A stretch of DNA of 64,000 nt from Oculina patagonica (taxonomy: Eukaryota), in NCBI RefSeq assembly GCF_052425735.1, contig NC_135769.1, forward strand, positions 8,494,001 through 8,558,000, written 5' to 3'. A program made the translations under genes and the position numbers. The notes beneath the pieces are model-generated. The model made no database searches. It saw nothing but the letters and a program-made list of their open reading frames with translations, and was not told the DNA's origin. Position 1 is the first letter of the stretch. Each line of letters begins with the position of its first letter. Below are positions 12,020-23,416 of this stretch, in pieces.

Positions 12020-14764
12020 TTATGGAAAATGATCTCTAGGTTTAGGCTTTACTCCGTGTCCTTTCCTTTGACCTGTATATTCATGTGTAGGTCTATCTAA
12101 CTGTCTTGTTGGGCGTTTATCAAACCCTGCGAAGCGTAGGTGTACTTCATCTTTCCCGTTACCGGCCAATTTGTCGTCAAGGGAAGGTGAATAATGCGGA
12201 TTGAATTCTTTGGTACGTGTGTTGCGCGGTAAACCATATCTTGAAACGCCGCCTAAACCGGGTTTCTTTCTTGGAAGATTTTGCATTTGAGAATGGTCCT
12301 TTTGGCTGGTCGTTCTTTGGTGCAAATCTGAAGGAAGTGGATTTAATTCGCTGGTGCCTGTGTCGCAAGGTAATCGAACTCTTGAAGCACCGACAAGAAA
12401 AGGACTTTCTTTTCGATCGTTTTTTAATTGTGAACGTTCCTCTTGCCTGGTCGTTTTTTGTAACAAAGCTGAAGGAAGTGCACTTGATTCGCTGGCGCCT
12501 GTGTTGCGAGGTAATCTAAATCTTGAATCACCGACATAAACAGGATTTTGTTTTCGAGGGTTTTGCATTTGAAAACGTTCCTCTTGTCCGGTTGTTTTTT
12601 GCTGCAAAGCTGAAGGATGTGCACTTAATTCGCTGGCGCCTGAGTCGCGAGGTAATCTAACTCTTGAATCACCGACAAGAACAGGATTTTCTTTTCGAGG
12701 GTTTAGCATTTGAAAGCGTTCTTCTGGCCTGGTAGTATTTCGCTGCAAAGCTGAAGGAAGTGCACTACATTCGCTGGTGCCTGAGTCGCGGGGTAATCTA
12801 ACTCTTGAATCACCGACAAGAACAGGATTTTCTTTTCGAGGGTTTTGCATTTGAAAACGTTTCTCTTGTCTAGTCGTCTTTAGCTGCGAAGCTGAAGGAA
12901 GTGCACTTAATTCGTTGGTGCCTGAGTCGCGGGGTAATCGAACTCTTGAATTTCCGAAAAGAAAAGGGTTTTCTTTTTGAGGATTTTGAGCTCGAAAACG
13001 TTCCTCTTGTCTAGTCGTCTTTAGCTGCGAAGCTGAAGGAAGTGGACTTGATTCGCTGTCGCCGGTGTCGCGAGGCAATCGAACCTTTGAATCATCGACA
13101 AGAATGGGATTTTCTTTTTGAGGAATTTGATTCAAATGTTCTTTATCTTGTCTTGTCGTCTTTAGCTGCGAAGAAGAAAATGGGCTTGATTCATTGGCGC
13201 CTGTATCCCAGGGTGAACAAACCCTCGACTCATATTTTCTTCGAGGATTTTGCATTTGAGAACGTTCCTCTTGCCTGATCGTTGTTTGCTGCAAGGCTGA
13301 ATGAAGTGGACTTGATTCCTTGGCTCCTAGGTTACCGGATGAACAAGCTCTTGAATCTCCGAAAAGAACAGGATCTTCTATTTGAGGGTCCTGAAGATGT
13401 TCCCGCGCTATTCTGGGCATTCTATGTGAATCACAACACTGACGAAGTAGCTGATCGCTTGAAATCCCTTCTATCGTTGTCTGTGTTGATCGAGACTCTG
13501 TTATTTTGGTAAACGTGGCACTGTTGTCGAAATTTGAAAAGCTTTGTGACACTTCACTGGTACGATTGGCCAGCAATAAGCCATCCAGCATTGGTGGGTA
13601 CGACTTCGTTTCCTTGGCGTGTGTGTCACAGGGTCTTTTTGCTAAGTCTCCGTTTTGAGCAGGGGCCTTTCTAAGAAGATTTGGAGGAAGTTCCTCTGGT
13701 CTGTTCATCTTGTGTTGGTCGTTTAGACACTCTGCAGCAACTGTCTGTGTTGAACAAGATGTCGTGATCTTGGCCAAGCTAGTGTCGTGTAGCCCATCAA
13801 ACGTACTTTCAAAAATAGGATTCTGAAATGCATTCCTTGAATAAACGCTCTCTTTAGGTTCTTTTGCTTCTTTGGTTCTGCACGCAGAAAAGATTTCTAT
13901 TCCACCGACTATAATGGCAACAGTGTTCTTTGCTGCAAACACCGAAGCATCTAGTTTGAAATCGAAAAATAAAACAAGCCTTATCGCCAAGAAGGCAAGG
14001 TTCACGAAAACCAGCTGACATAGTTTAGAAGCAATTCGTACTTTTGAGATCAGTCGAGTTCTTTTGTTGCTAGATGTACGACCAGCTGCAGAAGATGTCT
14101 TTCGGCAAGCATGTAATTCCCACAGCGAAAATGCTGGGAGAAATAGACTAATTGACCCGAAGAACAGCATGGCAACTTTTGTAGCTTTATTTATGGGCAA
14201 CGAATTATTTTTTTCCATAAGCAGAATTTGTAATAACTCGACTATATCAAAGAGATCGAAGACTCGCCACCACTCCACATTGAGCTCGGGTTTGACGGCG
14301 TACTCGATTGTGTCTAATAACAGGAAAACTCCAGATGGAAAGCACAGGATAATTTTAAGAAATCGTGGGCCAAACAACGACGACGTTTCAATCTCTTCCA
14401 CGAATTCGCTAAGGATCCAAACGAACTGAAAGATCGACGGTAACACGTAGAGTAACCATGTAAACATTTTGTGATACCCTCCTATCACGCGTTTGAGCGT
14501 TTTGAATGTTGTGGAGCTAACGTTTTCGTCGTACAGTTCTCGTTCCGTCGAATGCAATGGATCGCCGGCGAGAGTTTCCACTATTTGCTGACAAACCAAA
14601 AGGGCAATCGCGGGAACGTAAGCGAGCAAAAACGCTTTCCAGCCGGTATGTTTGCCGTGATTGTAAAAATATTGATCTAGAAGAGCTCCCTGAAGCAACA
14701 TCAGCAAAACCAGCGTTGAAACAATCATCCATCTTGAAACAAGCCTACATTTTCCCTTCGCCAT
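12020..14764 (-). CDS. Intronless multi-pass membrane protein, TMEM121/CECR6-like N-terminal domain plus a long repeat-rich C-terminal tail (914 aa from first ATG)
   Basis: Long ORF; first ATG (MAKGKC) at 14764. Several hydrophobic helices in the first ~300 aa, with motifs FDLFDIVELLQIL and VNLAFLAIRL that resemble the TMEM121/CECR6 family as I recall it. The tail is Ser/Gln/Arg-rich repeats. The coding call is firm; the family call is tentative. Confidence 0.75.
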   Translation of the reverse strand: MAKGKCRLVSRWMIVSTLVLLMLLQGALLDQYFYNHGKHTGWKAFLLAYVPAIALLVCQQIVETLAGDPLHSTERELYDENVSSTTFKTLKRVIGGYHKMFTWLLYVLPSIFQFVWILSEFVEEIETSSLFGPRFLKIILCFPSGVFLLLDTIEYAVKPELNVEWWRVFDLFDIVELLQILLMEKNNSLPINKATKVAMLFFGSISLFLPAFSLWELHACRKTSSAAGRTSSNKRTRLISKVRIASKLCQLVFVNLAFLAIRLVLFFDFKLDASVFAAKNTVAIIVGGIEIFSACRTKEAKEPKESVYSRNAFQNPIFESTFDGLHDTSLAKITTSCSTQTVAAECLNDQHKMNRPEELPPNLLRKAPAQNGDLAKRPCDTHAKETKSYPPMLDGLLLANRTSEVSQSFSNFDNSATFTKITESRSTQTTIEGISSDQLLRQCCDSHRMPRIAREHLQDPQIEDPVLFGDSRACSSGNLGAKESSPLHSALQQTTIRQEERSQMQNPRRKYESRVCSPWDTGANESSPFSSSQLKTTRQDKEHLNQIPQKENPILVDDSKVRLPRDTGDSESSPLPSASQLKTTRQEERFRAQNPQKENPFLFGNSRVRLPRDSGTNELSALPSASQLKTTRQEKRFQMQNPRKENPVLVGDSRVRLPRDSGTSECSALPSALQRNTTRPEERFQMLNPRKENPVLVGDSRVRLPRDSGASELSAHPSALQQKTTGQEERFQMQNPRKQNPVYVGDSRFRLPRNTGASESSALPSALLQKTTRQEERSQLKNDRKESPFLVGASRVRLPCDTGTSELNPLPSDLHQRTTSQKDHSQMQNLPRKKPGLGGVSRYGLPRNTRTKEFNPHYSPSLDDKLAGNGKDEVHLRFAGFDKRPTRQLDRPTHEYTGQRKGHGVKPKPRDHFP
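12200..13400 (-). repeat. 141-bp (47-aa) coding tandem repeat, about 8 copies, degenerate at the edges
   Basis: gctgaagga recurs near 12468, 12609, 12750, 12891 and 13032 (period 141). Unit is approximately QMQNPRKENPVLVGDSRVRLPRDSGTSELSALPSALQQKTTRQEERF. Confidence 0.9.
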
Positions 14765-16727
14765 GATGGAAAGGCCGCACAACAAACAATTTCAGATTTC
14801 GGGGTTTTTCCCTACTACAATGTCTACCAATGAGACACGTCTACACAAATAGCCATGCCCTTTTTTGGAGTATAGAACAGATTCCGAGAAATTGATCAGT
14901 ATTCCAAGAAGTCATGCTTGATAGGTAATGCACGAGTCACTGTGTCACAAAAATGTCCACTCGGAATAGAGCGGTCAATCAAATCCGACATGACTTGCAG
15001 CGGAATAATAAATATTGAATACTGGCTTAAATTCGTAAAGTAACTGTTTAACTTTGCCATTGCTGAAGATAGTTATAATTCAACTACAACCAACTAAAAA
15101 CAAAAATTTAAGAGCATCCAAAGAACATACCCAAGGCTGAAGTTCAGTTAAGAATGAATTTTACTCTTTTCTTTTATTATTATTTGCTGTTAGTGACAAA
15201 GATATGTACTAAATCAATATTTATTTTTATTAAAACTTAACTTGTAACCAGCATTTTCTACGAAATTTCTCCAATTGTTTTGCGAATTTTTCTGTTGTTA
15301 GAATGTTGTGGTGTGACAATGCAATCTGAAATGAAAACGGAAGTCAAAATCAAAGACAAACGAATGTTTCGTTTGACTCTATATTATATGGAACGCAGGT
15401 AAAATGGTTTCATTAATTTTTAGACGATTTTTTTTTTCCACGCATAATAACCGAATAGTATAATAAGTTGATAAAAAGTTAAATGCCCAATACACGTTTA
15501 CACTATAGATAAAACAGATATCCGGAATCCTCGAAGATAATCTTACTACATTGCAACGACAATAAGCAACACAAGCCGGAATGTTTCTCTTCCCAGAAGA
15601 ATCGGAGGCACTTTTATTAAATATTTTGTATTCAAAAGTAGTTGTAAACTTATTGTTCTGCAGTCGTTTCGGATATTCAAGCGTTTATTTATAAAAAAAA
15701 AAATGCAAATAGAAGTGAAGTGAAATACACACAAAACGCTCATTAGAACCAATGTGAATTACTATATTATTATATAAAAGCTCACAGTGTCAATATTTAC
15801 ACAAATGAGATGTACTACCTTAATACAGGAGTAATTCTGCAGAAGAAAAATTTTACGCCTGTAGTATATTGTCAAGTGAAAATGACTTTTTTCAGGAAAA
15901 AACATCGGGGTAGCGTAAGTGCATTGTAAAATCTTGCGCAAGTTTGGTTCTAATCATACTGACTTCCAGTTCCTCTATGCTAATTCACACCTAACAGCAA
16001 CGTTGGTAACATTCAAAACAAGTCGTAGCCCTGTCTTAAAATTATGCCATATATGCGTTTGTCGAAATGTTTTCTGTCGAAAAGTCCAAATTGAAGATTT
16101 TTTTTGTGATTTTCGATCAGTTGCATGGCATGGAAGACTTTCGCTTTGACTTAAAATTAAATTTTGAGCTTGTTAATTGACAACAAGGAGAAAGATGTCA
16201 TGCGACTATCGCTCTTGACTGGGATTTTTTTACCTTTTTATGGCGTGTTCGTTTTGTAGCTCCTTCTCTTCTGCGAAGAGGTGTGGGAGATACCACAGAT
16301 TTGTCATGTGAAAGAAACTAGTCTCGCCTTTGCCGAAAGTAAGAGAAAAGATTAAGTAAAACAATTACCAGAAAAATACACTAACGGAATAAAACAGGGA
16401 CATTTTTAAAGCAAATGAATATATATCACAAAGGACGTTGGCATTACTAAAATAAAGAGTGCAAAAAAAAAACAATAGCGAAGAGGTTGAAGTTATTGAG
16501 TACAATAAAATTACATTATTTAACTCACTAAATCTTTTCTTAAATAAGTGAACTTTGGAATCTTCTGAGAAAAGTTTCTTTCCTGGTCGATGACTTTAAA
16601 CTTCTAAAACAATTGTTTAGGTACTTTTAACAGATTACCGCACAATTCGGGGAATTACGGTTTGTGGTTATTCCAACCTTCACGCCTTTGGCAACAGTCA
16701 CGAGTTGTTCAGCGCTTTACTTGTAAT

Positions 16728-16951
16728 AGAACAGGTCTGTGCAATCAAGTCACAAGCTAATCATCAAAGAAGAATGGACAAATCGAAAGCATTGTGTAGA
16801 AGTCATGGGTTGTTCACAAGTAGACCTTGAATAGCCTTGTGTTGAGCTATAAAAGACCGCTATCAAATGGTTTTTCTTAAGTCTGTGGAAAACGTCGAGC
16901 TACAAGTTACTTCCGCTGTCTTCAAGTGAGCCTTACAAGGAACTTATTGAC
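16728..16951 (+). promoter_or_regulatory. SCRiP core promoter and exon 1 (copy C)
   Basis: Paralogous block; TATAAAA at 16848. Confidence 0.7.
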
Positions 16952-17292
16952 GTACGTTCTCTTTCTCTTTGTCATCACTATTGTCTGAGCCCTCGCTTTT
17001 GTTTTTACTTTCAGTTGAAACAAATGTGCACTACAGTTGTTTAAGAGAGAAGGTTCTACATCTTTTTAAGTGCTTCTTTCATGGTATCTAATCCTGCAAG
17101 CCATTAGAAATTACATATTTGGCAAGATGTATAAACCTGTTTGAAGAACGGTCGAATTCCATGTCAAAATATTGAAAAACAGACAGCAATGTATGATACA
17201 GTTGGTAATTCGTGGTCATTTTAATCATGGCCAGACAGTATTAGAAAAAGTTTAACAATGTTGTTTTACTGTTATAGAACCAAAGAACAACC

Positions 17293-18014
17293 ATGGATGT
17301 CAAATTCAGTATGTGCTTATTGCTGATTGTTCTTGGGGTAACGGCGCAAGCTGCTGTTATGGATGGATTCGGTAACCCAATAAATGACTACCGCGGCAAA
17401 AATTGCCCAGGTAAGTAGTACTTGTTGTTAAGGGGGCTAAGCGGTTGCCAAGAGAAAGACAGAGGAAATTATTGTACATTATTTAAACGTAATTACGAAT
17501 CTATTGGGTGTTTTAAAAATATAGAATTTTGTATTTGCCGTTTGCACTGTAAGGCATGCTTTTTGTGACACTCGTTTGTAACTCAGAAAAGTAGGAAAAA
17601 AGTCGTGATCCTTTTTTAAACTGCCCTGGAGGTAACGATTTTCTAACAAATGAACAACTCTTGCAGAGGTGAGATGTGACTGGCCGCATGGTGTGTGCAC
17701 TTACGTATATTAAAGACAACTGTCCACCAGGAATGAACCCCTGTGGAAACTATTACTGCCCACTCGCGACCAACAGATGCTGTTGCCGGTAAGAATTTAA
17801 CTTGTAGTAAACCTAAGGTTTGCATTTTTGTGTTAAATGTCAACAGCAGCAGCACAGTAGTATCGTTCCTGAGACTGATAATGTAAATGACACATCGTAT
17901 CTGTTTTATGCATATGGCCCTTTATAACCTTGTATATATATAGTCCCAATATGTGCCTTGAATAATAATTGTAAAATATTAATTTTATATTTTCTGCATT
18001 TTCCTAGGTATTGA
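17293..18014 (+). pseudogene. SCRiP copy C, 4-nt insertion in the mature-domain exon
   Basis: Signal exon 17293-17410 is intact (MDVKFSMCLLLIVLGVTAQAAVMDGFGNPINDYRGKNCP). Domain exon 17667-17788 is 122 nt versus 118 nt in A (tgcac[ttac]gtat), giving [15 protein letters not shown]. Last exon from 18008 would add RY*; AATAAA at 18180. Confidence 0.78.
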
Positions 18015-20452
18015 AGGCAACTTCTGATGGTCCGCTTAACACTATAAAGGCGTTGGGATACAGCATCGAAGAAATTATTGTCAATCATTTTGTACCCTTC
18101 AGTGTTGATAGACTCTTAATAATCTAAATGATATTTTTTGCTACGTGCACTAAACGTACTGAAATTTAAAAGCTATTACAATAAAACCTTAGTTGTTATT
18201 TTGAGTCTTTTCCCTTAACTATCTATACTCTATGCTGACAAAAGAGGGCCACGAGACGAAAGAGGCGCGAGAGAGACGAACGAAAAGCAAATTTCAAATA
18301 AGGAGACAATTTTTAACACGAGAAAGACAAGTTTAATATTACCATAAACTGACGGTCGAATTTGTGATTAACCTTATCGATATCCAGGATCAGCGCGTAT
18401 TTTAATTTTGATTTTGCAGCTTTTCATTTAGGTTTATTATCAATATATTTTGTCCTTCGGTACTGGTTTTGACAAAATAAAATATCGCAGTCAAACTCCT
18501 CAAAATATCATCAGTAAAAAAATAAACACTTTTGTAGAAGATGAATAAAACCTCGGCTGACTTTTAACCTTAATCGTCTTTTGGAAAATTGCAGGCCCCT
18601 GGTATTATAGTTAGCTATTTTTGCAAGCGTAGCAGGGGCTTTGATTTCTGGGATACCCAGAACATCACCAAGTAGTAGTTAGAACTGAATTAGAACCCGT
18701 GGCCTCCGGATTTCGAGTCTAGCGCTGTAGCTATAACCGCTCAACCACGCCGCCACAGCCGGAAGTAAATAGAGGATGTCAACGGACATAAGTAACGGGA
18801 CGAGAGGGGAGAAGTCGTGCTAGCTTGGCCATTTGATTTTCACATACTTAAATAACGTATGATACTTTTTCTTTTTGGATGTGATTATCTGATTATAGAG
18901 TCAATATATAAATAGAGGTAGTCAGTAGGACATGTCATGCATAGGCGTACGGGCACCTTCGGACCTGGGGAGGGGGGGGGGGGGGTGGGCGGAGACCTAG
19001 TTGCCCGAAAAAAAAAATGGCATGGGTTAAAAGCCGAATAAACAGGCATAGGAATGATGGACAACAGAACGTGCGTTAAATTAATCTCATGACGTTATTT
19101 TAAAAAATCATCGAGTCGATATAAACACATTTGGAAAGAAGCAAATATGACGAAACATTTGGAAATTATTTCTGAAATACTATTGCTGTATTTTTTATAT
19201 TTTACATGTTCCCATTACCCTCATCACATGAGAGTTAAAGGTTGGCGATATTATCACTTGGAAAGCCTGAAATATTTCAAGAGTTAGAATGTTTTTTTTT
19301 TTTCAGCTCACGAGCGTCTTAACCTAGGCGTTGTGCTGCGGGATTCATGAGGTTGCATAAAAAGCTGTCGAAGAATTGGTCTTCGTTACGGTTAATTAAT
19401 GGTGCACGTCCGTCGCCTTTTCACTAATTAACATACATTTATTTTGGCTTTCAGTAGAAAGATTTCTTACAAGCGAAATCCTACACCATGAATTATCGAC
19501 AAGTTGATATTCCATATTATAAAAATAGCCTTCTAGCTTTCGGAGAAATGATTGCAGATACATTAATTTACCCGTTTCCGAGAATCTTGACTGCGTGCAG
19601 TGTTTTGGATTAAAAAAAAAACCACATGGTAGTGACGAATGTGATTGGTCGATGTCACTGCGTGATGCCATAGAAACGCCTTGTTAAGCCGGCGATCGGC
19701 GTAGTCAAGCGCGCGAAATGAAAGTTCAATTTTTTCTTTGACTTATTTTACTGAAATGCACTTTAAATTCGTGATTTGGTCGAAATCATCGATTGGTCGA
19801 AGGAACAGCCGCGTCATATTGTCGGGAAATACCTGCTTACCGTCACGCTCATGTTCAGTTTTATCAGACTGGGACAGAAACGTAGGCTTAAGAAGTAGTT
19901 TATTTTGTTCATTTCGTTCCTGATATTGTATTTCAATAATTTATTGATTCCAAGAAAGTTTCTTAAGTCATCAGATTTTGCATATTTTTCGTCCTTTTGG
20001 AAACAGGTGTTTAATTTCCAGTAAAAAAATATAAAATAAATTACCTTTATTTAGACACGGTAAGGATTAAAGCTATTATCTTGTGGGGCCGTGTATTCCC
20101 GATCGAATTAGAATTTAGAAGTGTTGGTTTTTTTGTGACCTCGTCCTCTTATTTATTTTTTTAGAAGTATCCTTATTAAGATATGTATATGTTGGAGACA
20201 AAATAACAAAGAAATAAAATTGTTGTTTTTTTTTTTTTTTATGAGAAATGAATATTATTTCCTGTTTGACCCCCCTCAGCGTGTTTTCTCAGAAATTACA
20301 TTGTTCTATGCACATGCGCAGGACTACATTTGTTAAGCGGAAAAGAAACGCGCCACGTTAAGTCAGATAAAAGCAGATAGAAGCTGTCAGTACCGCTCTA
20401 CCACATCCAATATTATCGCCAACTACCGCAATACAGTTGCAGTTTAAGCACA

Positions 20453-21490
20453 ATGAGCACTGGTATAACCGAGGATCAATTGAAAAAGATGGTGCAGGAG
20501 CGTGGGCTCCCATTCGCCGCAACCGAGTTAACAATTGTTCGAGAAGGAGGTCCAAATATTCTTGATCAAGGAAGGATAGCCGAATCTCTTGCAGTCCTTG
20601 AACATGGCGAGAAAATCGAGTCTCTTAATAAGGAGTTAAAAAAGAAAGATGGCGAAATTGTCGCCTTACAGAAATCTTTGAAGGAACTTCGTGAGAAAAA
20701 CGATGAACTTAATAGCGCGCTGAAGTCAAAAGATGTTGAGATCGAAACACTGAGATCGAGAATCGATGAACTAGAAGAGGACAAACGAGAGTTGCAGAGA
20801 AAGTTGGGTTCCGTTGAGACTGATCTTGGACTACTCACAAGGGAAGTCGAGAAGCTGGGAAAAGCAAAATCAACCCAGGACCAAACATATTTAAAACTTA
20901 AACAAGATCTGGAGCGAGTTGTGAGAAATATAGAGGCGGTGAAAGAAGATCTCGAAAAGAAACAAAAGGAGAACGACGATCTGAAGAAGGAACTGAAGGA
21001 CCTCAAAGAATCACAACATAAAGGGCTTCTTCCTCTGATGCTTGGTGCCAAAGGTTTGCCAATAAAGCCTCCTCTACCACAAATACCCCAAACAAGCCTG
21101 GAAGCATTGCTTCATCTGGGCGAAATGTGTCGCCAACTGCAAATCAAGATGTACAAGTCTGTGTTTCCAAACTCATTTGTGGAAAATATAAATTACAAGG
21201 TGGAAACTATTCACCGTCACTTGAATAAGAAGCTTTCAAATACTGAAGAGGCTCAAAAGAAGTGGGTAAAGATCCAAGAGAAGTTTCACTGGAGTGAAAA
21301 TCACGAAGAGGCAATAAATCTTCTTCGGGAAACCAGAAACGCCGAAGCCCATCCCGAAATATCAAAGGAATCCCTTCAACTGGCCATAAGCATAACAGAT
21401 CAGGCTAATAAGTCGAGCGGTGAGGCCGGCTGGTTTACTTCGCAGCTTCTAAACGAGCTGATGCATATGTGGGAAACTGATCTATCGTAA
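20453..21490 (+). CDS. Coiled-coil protein with C-terminal HEPN-like domain (paralogue 1, 345 aa)
   Basis: Uninterrupted ORF: heptad-rich Lys/Glu region, Pro-rich linker (PIKPPLPQIP), then a helical domain with LGEMCRQLQ and RNAEAHP (R-x4-H). Clearly paralogous to 23417-24454. Confidence 0.85.
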   Translation: MSTGITEDQLKKMVQERGLPFAATELTIVREGGPNILDQGRIAESLAVLEHGEKIESLNKELKKKDGEIVALQKSLKELREKNDELNSALKSKDVEIETLRSRIDELEEDKRELQRKLGSVETDLGLLTREVEKLGKAKSTQDQTYLKLKQDLERVVRNIEAVKEDLEKKQKENDDLKKELKDLKESQHKGLLPLMLGAKGLPIKPPLPQIPQTSLEALLHLGEMCRQLQIKMYKSVFPNSFVENINYKVETIHRHLNKKLSNTEEAQKKWVKIQEKFHWSENHEEAINLLRETRNAEAHPEISKESLQLAISITDQANKSSGEAGWFTSQLLNELMHMWETDLS

Positions 21491-23416
21491 CGCTTACTAT
21501 CTTTTCTTAAAATTGCGGCCTTCTGGGATGCGAAAAGATGACGATAAACTTGCAAACTTTATTACTTATTTGTATTTAATAGACTAGTTTAAAGCTTTCT
21601 GCCTAGCCCTCGCTTCACCTACGAAGAGCAAAGAATAGATAGTGGGTCGTGTGGAGTATAGTCAATACCCAAGGATGTATAAAGACGCTTTTCTTCTTTA
21701 AGTCGTAGTAAATGTACGTTTTTTCACTTAATCATCTCGGCAAACTGAAGCTACTAAAATTTCAACGCGAGTCGTTTCACATACGTCGAATTTTCTCGAA
21801 TACACGGTTTCGCTTGGATATCATCACTGGAAGAACTCGTTCGTTTTTCTGTTTTGCTAGGGATTGCAAATTGACGATTACAGACGTATTTACTTTCAAC
21901 CATAAACGATAACATGGGAGGGAGAAGCGAATGATTAGCGCGATCGAAGCATAGGTCTTAGTCAACCATGATAATTCCTGATATGTAGTTACATGTGTTT
22001 AACGGTGGAGTCAAGGCGTCATTTCAAGCTTTGTCCGCTGTGATAAAGAACGTTTTCCTACAACCTAGTGCACCGAAAATAAAATCTGGTCTTGTCTACT
22101 TATACCGGCGATTAATTTGCTTTTGCTTAGTTTAGAGTTAATAAGAAGGTTTAGCAGTTTATTTTGTAGGGCTATCTTTAACGCCTAAATCCTGCGATTT
22201 AACATAAGCAAGGTTCGCCTGGTAAAACACCAAGATGTTTTCATTCCCATCTATTTTCTATTAACAGACGAGCATTTTCAACTTATTAACATCTCCTTTC
22301 AACTTTTGGAGTGTTCTCTTCGAATAATCGGAGGTTCACAAGCGTCTTAGCCTGTTCAATTTGAAAACGTCCTGGGAGTATGACGGGACAGGATAAAAAG
22401 ATGAAGCCATTAATAGACGAATATCTGTGTGCAGTGTAGAAGCATTTGAGAGGACTCTTTTCTTTTAAACAGATTTTTGGATTTTTACTAGGGATATTTC
22501 TTATAAGCATCTCCCTGCACCATTACTAATCGCCAAGCTTTTATTTGATATTTAAAATGAAAATGATGTTTCTCAGTTTAGTTTTCTGAGAAGAAAATCA
22601 GTCACCCATTTCCGAGAAACTTGAATATTTATTTGATAACACCTGTGTGTGGTAACTTTTGGGTTAAAAACATCACGTGGTAGTTACGACTGTGATTGGA
22701 GGACGCAAATATGTGCATAGTATAGAAACGTTTTGTTGAGCGATATGCTTAGTCAGGCGCGCGAAATGATGAGCTGGAGTCATGTTTCTTATAGGTAGTC
22801 CACCATAAGTTCGCGTGAACATTTTATTTCGACGTTTTATTGCAAACTGTAAGGGTATACAGTTTGCAGAAATTCAATATAGCCCGTTAGTTCACTTGTT
22901 GGATGGAATATAAACTATAAAAAACAACACCACGAATATAAACAGAAGGGCACAAATTTCCTAGAAATCGATTCTGTAAACATCCGCTTCTTATTTGCGC
23001 ATGAGTAACTAAGTAAAGCCTCTGGTCACCACTTGTAAGGCAGAATGTCTCCGCGCGAGTAAATTGTGAAAAAAACATATGTTTTTAGTTCATTTGAAAC
23101 AAAAAGAAAATAACATTAAAAATGTTAGGAGGAACATGTAGCATATTTTGGTTTCGCAATGTTCTTTTTTTTAGTTTCAAAATGAAAGCAAACATAAATC
23201 TAAGGATTTTGGCTATTTATATTTTCAATGTAAAGTAATCTGCCACATGGGCTAGCTGTAAGATCAGTGATTGGTTGAAGAAACAGCCGCGTCATATTGT
23301 CGGGAAATACCTGCTTGCCGTCACGCCGATGTTCAGTTTCATCACACAGGGACAGAAACGTAGGTTTTTAGAAGTAGTTTTAGCAAAAATATCCCGGAAA
23401 CTTCCTCGCTACAGCC

